From Pirellulales bacterium (lineage in GTDB: Bacteria > Planctomycetota > Planctomycetia > Pirellulales > UBA1268): a DNA stretch of 46,322 nucleotides. Both the position numbers and the translations under genes were made by a program. The notes under the pieces were generated by a model. That model was given only the letters and a program-made list of their open reading frames with translations, searched no databases and was not told the DNA's origin. The stretch lies in NCBI GenBank assembly GCA_044346905.1, contig JBIIYH010000001.1, positions 1 to 46,322 on the forward strand, given 5' to 3'. Below, piece by piece: positions 36,333-44,708 of this stretch. Each line of letters opens with the position of its first letter. Position 1 is the first letter of the stretch.

Positions 36333-37232
36333 TCAGCGGCCGGTGGCCCCGGCCAGGGTGGCCACCGTCTCCCGGACCGCATCTTCCCACCTCGGCAGCT
36401 CCTGTGCGAGGGCGGCCTCGAGTTTCGCGGTAGAGAGGAGCGAGTTGGCGGGCCGCCGGGCGGCCGTCGGATATTCAGCTGTCGTGAGCGGGCGAATGGT
36501 GCCGGGCTGGGCCCGCAGCGGCAGGCCCAGCGCTGCGGCTTCGGCCAGCACCAGCTCGGCGTAGTCGTGCCAGGTGGTCGCGCCCCGGGGCACAAGGTGA
36601 TACAGGCCCGGGGCCACGGCCCTGGCCGGGTCGCGGGAGCGGCGCAGGACCTCGGCTGTGACCTCCGCGATCAGGGCCGCGGCGGTGGGCACGCCCCGCT
36701 GGTCGGCCACCACGGCGAGTTCGTCCCGTTCTCCGGCCAGCCGGAGGATCGTCCGCAGGAAGTTCGTGCCGTGCGGGGCGTAGACCCAACTCGTGCGAAA
36801 GATGAAGTGGCGGCCGCCGGCCGCGGCGATCGCCCGTTCACCCGCCAGCTTCGTCGCCCCGTAGACCGAGAGTGGCCGTGGCTCGTCGGTCTCGCGGTAG
36901 CAGTCCGGGGGGGTGCCGTCGAAGACGTAGTCGGTCGAGTAGTGGACGAACAGGGCGTCTTGCCGGGCGGCTTCGGCGGCGATCGCGGCCACGGCCGTGG
37001 CGTTGACCAACTCCGCCTGCTCGCGATCCTGCTCGGCCCGGTCCACGGCCGTGTAGGCGGCCGCGTTGACGATGGCCGCGGGCCGCTCGCGGGCGAGCAG
37101 GGCCACCACGTCGTCCGGCCGTTCCAAATCGGCCGCGGCCCGGTCGCAGGCGACGACGTCGCCGAGCGCCGGCAAGACGCGGGCCAGCTCCCGGCCCACC
37201 TGGCCGTTCGCGCCGAGCAGGACGATCTTCAT
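36333..37232 (-). CDS. rfbD: dTDP-4-dehydrorhamnose reductase
   Basis: 299 aa. Contains MKIVLLGANGQVGREL, NAAAYTAVD, YSTDYVFDG and YG.TKL.GE, the RmlD pattern. Confidence 0.93.
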   Translation of the reverse strand: MKIVLLGANGQVGRELARVLPALGDVVACDRAAADLERPDDVVALLARERPAAIVNAAAYTAVDRAEQDREQAELVNATAVAAIAAEAARQDALFVHYSTDYVFDGTPPDCYRETDEPRPLSVYGATKLAGERAIAAAGGRHFIFRTSWVYAPHGTNFLRTILRLAGERDELAVVADQRGVPTAAALIAEVTAEVLRRSRDPARAVAPGLYHLVPRGATTWHDYAELVLAEAAALGLPLRAQPGTIRPLTTAEYPTAARRPANSLLSTAKLEAALAQELPRWEDAVRETVATLAGATGR

Positions 37233-38104
37233 GCGGCGGCGTCCGGTCGGGGCGGGGGGTCAGGCCGGCGGTAGTCGCCGCGGCTGAAATACTTCTCCAG
37301 CCAGACATAGGCCACGATGAAGAAGTAGCGGCTGCCCATCTCGCGGATCTTGAGCTTGGCGATCCCGGTGCGGCGGTTCCGCCAGGTGATCGGGATCACC
37401 GTCCAGGTATAGCCGCGGACGATCGCCTTGAGGGGTAGTTCGACCGTGATGTTGAAGTGTGGCGAGAGGATCGGCAAGCAGCCTTCGATCACCTCGCGGC
37501 GGTAGGCCTTGAAGGCGTTGGTCGTGTCGTTGAGCCGGATCCGAAACAGCACCTTCACGAACCAGTTGGCCATCCGGTTCAGGAACAGCTTCACGCGGGG
37601 GTAGTCGATCACGCCGCCCCCCTTCATGAAGCGGCTGCCGAACACGCAGTCCCAGCCCTGCTCCAGCTTCTGCCAATAGCGGACGACGTCGCGGGCGTCG
37701 TCGCTCTCGTCGGCCATCATGATCACGACCGCGTCGCCAGTGAACGCGGCCAGGCCCCGCTGGATCGCCCGCCCGAACCCGTGGGGTCCGGGGTTCTTCA
37801 CTGGGGCAAGCTCCGGGATCCGCTCGGCCGTCTCGCTGAGCAGCCGCCAGGTCGAGTCGGTCGAGCCGTCGTCCACCACCACGATCTCGTGCGGCACCCC
37901 CTGCATTCGCAACTCGAGATGGAGGTGCTCGACCGTGGAGACGATGCAGCCCTCCTCGTCGCGGGCCGGGATCACGACCGAGAGTTTGTGGAGCTGGCGG
38001 AACGGCGGAGTGGCAGCCTGCTCCGGCAGCGCAGCCGCCGGCCCACCGGTCGCCGCCTGCTCAGCCGCCGCAGCGGTCGAGCCAGCCGGGGTGTCGTTCG
38101 GCAT
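37229..38104 (-). CDS. GT2 polyprenyl-phosphate glycosyltransferase (GtrB/ArnC/DPM1-like)
   Basis: Contains LSVVIPARDEE, VVVDDGSTDST, IMMADESDD and a C-terminal hydrophobic helix after KLKIREMGSRYFFIV. Start taken at ATG 38104 (44-nt overlap with the upstream gene). ATGA overlap with rfbD. Confidence 0.8.
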   Translation of the reverse strand: MPNDTPAGSTAAAAEQAATGGPAAALPEQAATPPFRQLHKLSVVIPARDEEGCIVSTVEHLHLELRMQGVPHEIVVVDDGSTDSTWRLLSETAERIPELAPVKNPGPHGFGRAIQRGLAAFTGDAVVIMMADESDDARDVVRYWQKLEQGWDCVFGSRFMKGGGVIDYPRVKLFLNRMANWFVKVLFRIRLNDTTNAFKAYRREVIEGCLPILSPHFNITVELPLKAIVRGYTWTVIPITWRNRRTGIAKLKIREMGSRYFFIVAYVWLEKYFSRGDYRRPDPPPRPDAAA

Positions 38105-39149
38105 GGTCGGCGATCTCCTCGAAAATCCGCTCGGGCGGGCGGGCGGGTTGCCAGCCATACCGCTCGGTCGCGGCCGCATGATCGAGCACGACCCAGGGGA
38201 GGTCGTAGGGCCGAGTCGCAGGGCTGGCTCCCACATCATGGGGTCCCAGTCGCGTGCGGCACCAGACCGACAGCTCGGCCAGGCTCGTGCCGCTCGGCGC
38301 ACCGCCGGAGGCGTGGACGAGCTCCGGCTGGCCGCCCCGGGCCGCGGCCACCTGCAGCAGCAACAACTCGGCCAGGTCGTCGGGGTGGAGGCAGTCGCGG
38401 ACCTGCAGGCCCCGGCCGCCGAAGCCGATGAAGGAGAGCGGCTGGCGGGCCGCCCAGCGGTGGATCCACCAGGAGAAAATCCCCTGATCGGCCCGGCCGA
38501 ACTGGCCCGCGCCAGCCATCACTCCGCAGCGGTCGATCACCAGCGGCGTGCCGGCGGCGTGGGCGTATTCGAGGGCCAGCGTCTCGCCGGCGAGCTTCGT
38601 CGCGCCGTACAGCGAGACAGGCGCGGCCGTGGAAAAGCCCGCGGCGATCCCGGCGGCCGAGAGGCCCGCTGGCAGCGGCCGCGTGTCGTCGAGCCTGAAG
38701 GCCGGGCCGCCGTCGCGACCGGCTCGCTCCACGAGCGGCAGTTCGCAGAGCGCCGGAATCGAATACACGCGGCTGGTGCTCAGGAGCACGACCCCCGCCT
38801 GCCAGGCCGCCGCGGCCTCGAGCAGGTTCACGGTGCCGGTGAGGTTGTGATCCACGAGCTGGCGGCGACCCGTATGCCCGCCGGCAGCGGTGCCCGCCAA
38901 CACGCTCGGCTCGGCCGCCGCGTCGATCACCCAGTCGAACGGCCCCAGGGCCTCGAGGTCGGCCGCCAGGCGGACGTCGCCGTGGACCACGCGGACGCCG
39001 CGAGCCTCGAGATCGGCCACGTTGGTCTCGCTGCCGCGGCGGCGGAGGCTGTCGAGCACGGTGACCGCGAGGCCGGTACGGGCCTGGAGAAACCGCCGGC
39101 AGATCGCCGCCCCCACGAACCCGCAGCCGCCGGTGACGAGGATCTTCAT
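38061..39149 (-). CDS. NAD-dependent epimerase/dehydratase (extended SDR)
   Basis: 362 aa. Contains MKILVTGGCGFVG and a YGATKLAGE catalytic Y-x-x-x-K. Substrate unknown. Confidence 0.85.
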   Translation of the reverse strand: MKILVTGGCGFVGAAICRRFLQARTGLAVTVLDSLRRRGSETNVADLEARGVRVVHGDVRLAADLEALGPFDWVIDAAAEPSVLAGTAAGGHTGRRQLVDHNLTGTVNLLEAAAAWQAGVVLLSTSRVYSIPALCELPLVERAGRDGGPAFRLDDTRPLPAGLSAAGIAAGFSTAAPVSLYGATKLAGETLALEYAHAAGTPLVIDRCGVMAGAGQFGRADQGIFSWWIHRWAARQPLSFIGFGGRGLQVRDCLHPDDLAELLLLQVAAARGGQPELVHASGGAPSGTSLAELSVWCRTRLGPHDVGASPATRPYDLPWVVLDHAAATERYGWQPARPPERIFEEIADHAERHPGWLDRCGG

Positions 39150-39158
39150 GGCAGGCCG

Positions 39159-40226
39159 TCAGGTGGCGTGGGCCCGGCGGCCGTGGGCCTCGACGATCTG
39201 GTCGAAGGTCTCGCCGAGCGAGATCTCCGGCCGCCAGCCGGGGTAGTCGGCCTGCATCCGCCGGAGGTCCGAGTAGTAGCAGATGTGGTCGCCGGCCCGC
39301 GACTGCTCATCGTAGACATAGTCCATCGGCTTGCCCGTGCGGGCGGCCGCCAGTTCGAAGGCCTCGAGGATCGAGCACGAGTTTTCCTTGCCGCCGCCGA
39401 TGTTGTAGACGGCCGCGGGCCGCGGGGCGGCGATGAACCGGGCGATGAATGCGGCCACGTCGGCGGCGTGGATGTTGTCGCGGACCTGCTTGCCCTTGTA
39501 GCCGAACACGGTGTACCGGCGGCCTTCGAGGTTGCACTTCACGAGGTAGCTCAAAAAGCCGTGCAGCTCCACGCCCGAGTGGGCCGGGCCCGTCAGGCAG
39601 CCCCCCCGCAGGCAGCAGGTGGGCATCCCGAAGTAGCGGCCGTACTCCTGCACCATCACGTCGGCCGCCACCTTCGAAGCCCCGAATAGCGAGTGCTTGC
39701 TCTGGTCGATGCGGAACGACTCCGGGATCCCGTGGGCAAAAGTCTCGTCGGCGTAGTCCCAGCGGGTGGCGAGCTCGACCAGCGGGATCTCGTTGGGGGC
39801 ATCGCCGTAGACCTTGTTGGTACTCATGTGCACGAAGGGGCTCTCGGGGCAGGCCCGGCGGGCGGCCTCCAGGAGATTGAGCGTGCCGACGGCGTTGGTG
39901 TCGAAGTCGTCGAAGGGGATCGCCGCCGCGCGGTCGTGGGAAGGCTGGGCGGCCGTGTGGACGATCGCCGCGGGCTGCACCTCGGCGACGAGCGCCAGCA
40001 CCCCGGAACGGTCGCGGATGTCGAGCTCGTGGTGGCGAAAGCTCGTGAGCGAGGCCGCCAGCCGCTCCTGGTTCCACCGCGTGTCGCCGGCGGGCCCGAA
40101 GAACACCGCCCGTTGGTTGTTGTCGACGCCATGCACCTCCCAGCCGAGGCCGTCGAAGTGGCTCGCCACCTCGCTGCCGATCAGGCCCGAGGATCCGGTC
40201 ACGAGGATTTTTTGTCGTGTCGTCAC
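39159..40226 (-). CDS. NAD-dependent epimerase/dehydratase (extended SDR, CDP-paratose-2-epimerase-like)
   Basis: GTG start at 40226 ([18 protein letters not shown]). Contains STNKVYGD and [11 protein letters not shown] (S...Y/K catalytic context). The track ORF start at 40343 is an upstream extension. Confidence 0.85.
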   Translation of the reverse strand: MTTRQKILVTGSSGLIGSEVASHFDGLGWEVHGVDNNQRAVFFGPAGDTRWNQERLAASLTSFRHHELDIRDRSGVLALVAEVQPAAIVHTAAQPSHDRAAAIPFDDFDTNAVGTLNLLEAARRACPESPFVHMSTNKVYGDAPNEIPLVELATRWDYADETFAHGIPESFRIDQSKHSLFGASKVAADVMVQEYGRYFGMPTCCLRGGCLTGPAHSGVELHGFLSYLVKCNLEGRRYTVFGYKGKQVRDNIHAADVAAFIARFIAAPRPAAVYNIGGGKENSCSILEAFELAAARTGKPMDYVYDEQSRAGDHICYYSDLRRMQADYPGWRPEISLGETFDQIVEAHGRRAHAT

Positions 40227-40294
40227 GGTGTCACTCTCTGCGATCCCGAGTGGAACCTCAACAAGCCAAAACCGCCGGACGGGGGCACGTGCTC

Positions 40295-40370
40295 GCCGCC
40301 GGCGGATTTTGACATTGCACACTCCGCTCGCATGGTAAGCCAACTCTTCCAGTCAAAATGCACCGGCGGC
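40295..40370. promoter_or_regulatory. 19-bp imperfect inverted repeat with a 38-nt spacer in the 5' region of the SDR gene
   Basis: GCCGCCGGCGGATTTTGAC (40295-40313) versus GTCAAAATGCACCGGCGGC (40352-40370), 17 of 19 complementary. Each arm carries a TTGAC hexamer-like sequence facing outward. Confidence 0.4.
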
Positions 40371-40430
40371 TGCGCGCGACCCCCTGCCCGGCTGTCCGTT
40401 TTGGATCTTCCGGAGCCTGCCTGGGGAGGA

Positions 40431-40561
40431 GGGGTCGCCCCTGCCCCGGAGCCGGCCTAGCCAACAAGCGTAGCCAGGGATGGCGAAGCGCAGTTGGCTC
40501 GGAGTGAGCGAAGGGCAGGATGCCCGCAGCGAACGTCCGGCGATGGGGCAGGGGCGACCCC
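40431..40561 (+). repeat. palindromic intergenic repeat, copy C (131 bp, two modules)
   Basis: Perfect 17-bp terminal inverted repeat GGGGTCGCCCCTGCCCC / GGGGCAGGGGCGACCCC. The internal sequence is collinear with copy B (GAGCCGGCCT...GGGCAGGATGCCCGCAGCGA.CGTCCGGCGA). Confidence 0.85.
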
Positions 40562-40613
40562 GACCGGCCAGTTGACGTCGCTTCGGTCACGCTCCAGCGA
40601 TTTCCGCGATCCA

Positions 40614-41684
40614 TCACGATGGGGACTCCGCGGCGTAGTGCTTGCCGACCCACTCCCGATACCCGCCGCTCGTCACGTCGGCCACCCAGGCGGCGTGGTC
40701 GAGGTACCAGCGGACGGTCTTCCTGAGGCCGGTCTCGAAGGATTCGCTCGGCCGCCAGCCGAGCTCGGCGGTGATCTTGGCGTGGTCGATCGCGTAGCGG
40801 CGGTCGTGGCCCGGCCGGTCGGTCACGAACGTGATCTGGGTGGCGTAGGGCTGGCCATCGGCCCGGGGATGCTCCTCGTCGAGGATCCGGCAGAGAGCCC
40901 TGACCACGTCGATGTTGGCCAGCTCGCTCGAGCCGCCGATGTTGTAGACCTCGCCCGGCCGGCCCGCCTCCAAGACCCGCCGGATGGCGGTGCAGTGGTC
41001 GGCCACGTAAAGCCAGTCGCGGACCTGTCGGCCGTCGCCGTAGATCGGCAGCGGCTCGCTGGCCACGGCCCGATGGATGCACAGCGGGATCAGCTTCTCG
41101 GGGAACTGCCAGGGGCCGTAGTTGTTGGAGCAGTTGGTGGTCACGACCGGCAGGCCGAAGGTGTGGTGATGGCCGCGGACCAAGTGGTCGCTGGCCGCCT
41201 TGGTGGCGGCGTAGGGGCTGTTGGGCCGGTACTGGGTCGTCTCGGAGAAGGGCGGGTCATCCGGGGCGAGCGTGCCATAGACCTCGTCGGTCGAGACGTG
41301 CAGAAACCGGAAGGCCGTGCGGTCGGCCGCCGGGAGGCTCGTCCAGTGGGCTCGGGCCGCCTCCAAGAGCCGAAACGTCCCCACCACATTGGTCTCGACA
41401 AAGTCCTCGGGCCCGTGGATCGAGCGATCGACGTGGCTCTCGGCGGCGAAGTGGACGATCGCCCGGATACCGTGCTCGGCCAGGAGCCGCTCGACGAGTT
41501 CCCGGTCACTGATGTCGCCCCGCACGAAGGTGTGCCGCGGGTCGCCTGCCAAGCTCGCGAGGTTCGCCAGGTTGCCGGCGTAGGTGAGCTTGTCGAGATT
41601 CACCACCGGCTCGTCGGAGGCGGCGAGCCAGTCGAGCACGAAGTTTGAGCCGATGAAGCCGGCGCCGCCGGTGACGAGGATCAT
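40614..41684 (-). CDS. rfbB: dTDP-glucose 4,6-dehydratase
   Basis: 356 aa. Contains MILVTGGAGFIGSNFV, DKLTYAGN, HFAAESHVDRSI and YAATKAASDHL, canonical RmlB. Confidence 0.96.
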   Translation of the reverse strand: MILVTGGAGFIGSNFVLDWLAASDEPVVNLDKLTYAGNLANLASLAGDPRHTFVRGDISDRELVERLLAEHGIRAIVHFAAESHVDRSIHGPEDFVETNVVGTFRLLEAARAHWTSLPAADRTAFRFLHVSTDEVYGTLAPDDPPFSETTQYRPNSPYAATKAASDHLVRGHHHTFGLPVVTTNCSNNYGPWQFPEKLIPLCIHRAVASEPLPIYGDGRQVRDWLYVADHCTAIRRVLEAGRPGEVYNIGGSSELANIDVVRALCRILDEEHPRADGQPYATQITFVTDRPGHDRRYAIDHAKITAELGWRPSESFETGLRKTVRWYLDHAAWVADVTSGGYREWVGKHYAAESPS

Positions 41685-41731
41685 GGGTGCCGATGGATCG
41701 GAGGTTTGTTCTGGGCTACGCGAGGTGGGCC

Positions 41732-41890
41732 GGGGTTGACCATGCCATCTCGCCGGACGCTCGCTTCAGGCATCCTGCCTTTCGCTCGCTCGATGCTACC
41801 CTCGCTTTCGCCACGGGCACCGATCCGCCGTAGGCGGATTGGTCGGCTTCGCTCGGCCAGCAACGCCGCTCGATTGGCATGGGCAACCCC
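41732..41890 (-). repeat. palindromic intergenic repeat, copy D (159 bp, three modules, inverted orientation)
   Basis: Termini GGGGTTGACCATGCCA / TGGCATGGGCAACCCC (1 mismatch). The reverse complement of the interior is collinear with copy F (ATCGAGCGGCGTTGCT...TAGCATCGAGCGA...GGCAGGATGCC...AGCGTCCGGCGAGA). Confidence 0.85.
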
Positions 41891-42013
41891 TCCCGTCGAT
41901 GGAACTCCAGAAAGGATCAACGCAGAATACCTGCCCGGAAGCCGCTTCGCACCGGGGAATCGCGGGGTATGCTTGGGAGCGGTTCCTTCGCTGCCCAGGC
42001 TCGTTTTCCCGCC

Positions 42014-42532
42014 ATGTCAGAGCCCCTCGCCACGCGGCTGTCGCTCGTCCGCAGCCTTCGGTTCTGTGCTGGCCACCGCCTGCTCGGCCACGAGGGGCGG
42101 TGCGCCTTTCTCCATGGCCATAACTACCGGGTGGAGGTCGAGGTCGAGGCCCGCGGGGGGGGCAGCGAGGTGGACGCCGTCGGCCGGGTCGTGGACTTCT
42201 CGCTGATCAAGCGGCGGCTGTTGGGCTGGCTCGACGAGCACTGGGACCACACCTTCATCCTCTGGGACGAGGACACGACGGCCCTGGCCGCCGTCAAGCA
42301 GGCCGACCCCACGAAATACTTCCTCCTGCCCTGGAACCCGACGGCCGAGAACATGGCCCGCTATCTGCTCGAGGTCGTGGCCCCGCACGTGCTCCAGGAT
42401 CTCGGCGTGGTCGCCCGGCGGGTGGCCGTGTGGGAGACCGACGAGTCGTGTGCGATCGCCACGCTCGCGGGCCCCGGCGGCGAGCCCCTGCTCGACCTCA
42501 CCTCCGCGATCACCGTGGACTCGCGCTCATGA
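42014..42532 (+). CDS. queD: 6-carboxytetrahydropterin synthase / 6-pyruvoyl-tetrahydropterin synthase family
   Basis: 172 aa from ATG 42014. Contains FCAGHRL, C...HGHNY.VEV and E.W, the PTPS/QueD zinc and catalytic pattern. ATGA overlap with hemB. Confidence 0.8.
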   Translation: MSEPLATRLSLVRSLRFCAGHRLLGHEGRCAFLHGHNYRVEVEVEARGGGSEVDAVGRVVDFSLIKRRLLGWLDEHWDHTFILWDEDTTALAAVKQADPTKYFLLPWNPTAENMARYLLEVVAPHVLQDLGVVARRVAVWETDESCAIATLAGPGGEPLLDLTSAITVDSRS

Positions 42533-43557
42533 GCGACGCCTGGCACTCCGGCATGTTTCCGGCGACCCGACTGCGAAGGCTGCGGCGGCACGAGTGGCTC
42601 AGGCGGGCCGTCGCCGAGACGGTGCTCACCCCCGCCGACCTCGTCTGGCCGATCTTCGTCCACGACCACGAGGCGGCCTTCCCGGTGCCGAGCATGCCGG
42701 GCGTCGAGCGGCTTCCGGTGGAGGGCGTGCTCGTGGCAGCCGAGGAGGCCCTGCGGCTCGGCATCCCGGCGATCGCGGTGTTTCCCGTGGTCGATCCCGC
42801 CCGCAAGACCGACGACGGGGGCCATGCCCTCGATGCCGATAACCTCGCCTGCCGCACCGTGCGGGCGATCCGGGCGCGGTTCGGCGACGCGCTGGGGCTG
42901 ATCTGCGACGTGGCCCTCGATCCCTACACGACCCACGGCCACGACGGACTCCTGCGGGATGGCCAGATCGTGAATGACGAGACGGTGGCCGTGCTTTGCC
43001 GGCAGGCGGTCGTGCTTGCCGAGGCCGGCTGCTCCGTGGTGGCCCCATCCGACATGATGGACGGCCGGGTGGGGGCGATCCGCGAGGCGCTCGACGAAGC
43101 AGGGCGGGAGGACGTGTGCATCCTCTCCTACGCCGCGAAGTATGCCTCGGCCTTCTACGGGCCGTTTCGGGACGCGGTCGGCAGCGCGGCGGCCCTGGGC
43201 ACGGCGGCTCAGCAGGGCGTGGCCGACAAGAAGACCTACCAGATGGATCCGGCCAACGCCGCCGAGGCGATCCGCGAGGTGGCCCTCGACATCGCCGAGG
43301 GGGCCGACATGGTGATGGTCAAGCCCGCTGGGACGGCGCTCGACGTGATCCACCGCGTCAAGGCGGCCTTCGGCCTGCCGACCTTCGCCTACCAGGTGAG
43401 CGGCGAGTACGCCATGATCAAGGCGGCGGCCGACAACGGCTGGCTCGACGGGGAAAAGGCGGCCCTCGAGAGCCTGCTCGTGATCAAGCGGGCCGGGGCC
43501 GATTGCGTGCTGACGTACTTCGCGCCCCAAATCGCCCGGCGGTTGGCCGGCGGCTAA
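42529..43557 (+). CDS. hemB: porphobilinogen synthase (delta-aminolevulinate dehydratase)
   Basis: 342 aa. Contains RLRRLR, DL..P.FV, SDMMDGRV, SYAAKYAS.FYGPFR, MVKPA, YQVSGEYAM and DC.LTYFA. Confidence 0.95.
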   Translation: MSDAWHSGMFPATRLRRLRRHEWLRRAVAETVLTPADLVWPIFVHDHEAAFPVPSMPGVERLPVEGVLVAAEEALRLGIPAIAVFPVVDPARKTDDGGHALDADNLACRTVRAIRARFGDALGLICDVALDPYTTHGHDGLLRDGQIVNDETVAVLCRQAVVLAEAGCSVVAPSDMMDGRVGAIREALDEAGREDVCILSYAAKYASAFYGPFRDAVGSAAALGTAAQQGVADKKTYQMDPANAAEAIREVALDIAEGADMVMVKPAGTALDVIHRVKAAFGLPTFAYQVSGEYAMIKAAADNGWLDGEKAALESLLVIKRAGADCVLTYFAPQIARRLAGG

Positions 43558-43579
43558 GACCGGTCGTCGGGCGTGGGCC

Positions 43580-43669
43580 GGGGTTGCCTGTGCCGTGTCA
43601 CCGGACGTTCGCTACGGGCATCCTGCCTGCGCTCGCTATCAAGGCCGGCTCCACGGCAGAGGCAACCCC
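43580..43669 (-). repeat. palindromic intergenic repeat, copy E (90 bp, one module, inverted orientation)
   Basis: Termini GGGGTTGCCTGTGCCG / CGGCAGAGGCAACCCC (1 mismatch). Interior reverse complement: GAGCCGGCCTTGATAGCGAGCGCAGGCAGGATGCCCGTAGCGAACGTCCGGTGACA. Confidence 0.85.
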
Positions 43670-43689
43670 TCGCGTCTGAAATATTCCTG

Positions 43690-44232
43690 TCACCCCTTCG
43701 GCCGAAAGGCGACGAGTCGCTTTGGGTTTGTGTCCAGCCGTGGCGGGTCGGCCGCTCCGGTGTGGATCAGATCCACGCAGTAGGGGATCGCCGGAAAGAC
43801 GGCATCGAGGCATTCGCGAATGCTCTTGGGCCGGCCAGGGAGATTGACGACCAGCGCCCGTCCGCAGACGCCCGCGGTCTGACGCGAGAGGATCGCCGTG
43901 GGCACGGACTCGAGCGAGACCTTCCGCATCAGCTCGCCGAAGCCGGGCAAGAGCTTCGTGCAGGCCCGCTCGGTGGCCTCGGGCGTGACGTCCCGTGGGG
44001 CAGGGCCGGTGCCACCGGTGGTCACGATGAGGCAGCAGCCGGAGGCGGCCAGCTCACGGATCGCCGCGGTGATCGTGTCGAGGTCGTCGGGCACGATCCG
44101 CTCGCGGGCCTCCCACGGGCTCGAGAGCACCTCGGCGAGATAGTCGCGGATCGCGGGCCCACCCTCGTCGGCATACTCGCCGCGGCTCGCGCGGTCAGAC
44201 ACCGTCAGGATTCCGATCAGGGCTGGTCGCAC
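43690..44232 (-). CDS. mog: molybdopterin adenylyltransferase (MogA/MoaB family)
   Basis: 180 aa from GTG 44232 (VRPALIGILTVSDRASRGEYADEGGP). Contains TTGGTGPAPRD.TPEA and NLPG.P. The track ORF start at 44640 is an antisense-overlap extension. Confidence 0.88.
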   Translation of the reverse strand: MRPALIGILTVSDRASRGEYADEGGPAIRDYLAEVLSSPWEARERIVPDDLDTITAAIRELAASGCCLIVTTGGTGPAPRDVTPEATERACTKLLPGFGELMRKVSLESVPTAILSRQTAGVCGRALVVNLPGRPKSIRECLDAVFPAIPYCVDLIHTGAADPPRLDTNPKRLVAFRPKG

Positions 44233-44239
44233 GACGGTG

Positions 44240-44695
44240 TCACTCCTGGGAACGGTCGTGGGTCCAGGCGAAGAGCCTGATCCGGTTGCCGTCGGGGTCG
44301 GTGGCCACGAACTCCCGAAACCCCTCGGGGTTGGCGGCCGGCTCGGGCGCGGCGCATCCCGCCGCCGCCAGCCGCTCTCGCGCCGCCTCCAGATCCGTAA
44401 CCTCGAAGGCCAGGCTCCACCGCCGGCTCTCGGGAGGAGCCTCGTCGCGGCCCAGGATCGCCAGCCGCGCGGAGCCGGCCGCCAGCAGGGCATAGCGGTC
44501 GTCGACCACCCGGAGGAGCACCTCGAGGCCGAGCGCGTCGCGGTACCAGGCCACGAGCGCCTCCCACCGCGCCGAGCGAATCTCGACGGCAAACAGCGTC
44601 GGCCGATCCGCGTCGCGGTTTGACAAAAGAGGCTCCTCACAGCCAGCGAAGCAAAGAAGCGTCACCAACGCCAGGCAGCGTTCTACCCTGCGCAC
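44240..44695 (-). CDS. glyoxalase/bleomycin-resistance/dioxygenase (VOC) family protein, possibly a lipoprotein
   Basis: The core LFAVEI....W...V.WY.DALGL....DPDGN.I.L is VOC-like. GTG 44695 gives VRRVERCLALVTLLCFAGC, a signal peptide with lipobox-like FAGC. The alternative TTG 44626 is preceded by GAGGAG and gives a 128-aa cytoplasmic form. Confidence 0.7.
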   Translation of the reverse strand: MRRVERCLALVTLLCFAGCEEPLLSNRDADRPTLFAVEIRSARWEALVAWYRDALGLEVLLRVVDDRYALLAAGSARLAILGRDEAPPESRRWSLAFEVTDLEAARERLAAAGCAAPEPAANPEGFREFVATDPDGNRIRLFAWTHDRSQE

Positions 44696-44708
44696 CAGAG
44701 GACTGCGA

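Noticed and set aside
41891-42013. Possible preQ1 or other riboswitch upstream of the queD-like gene
   Set aside because: I could not find the short preQ1-I/II consensus or a convincing conserved hairpin with an A-rich tail. The leader is mostly occupied by repeat copy D.
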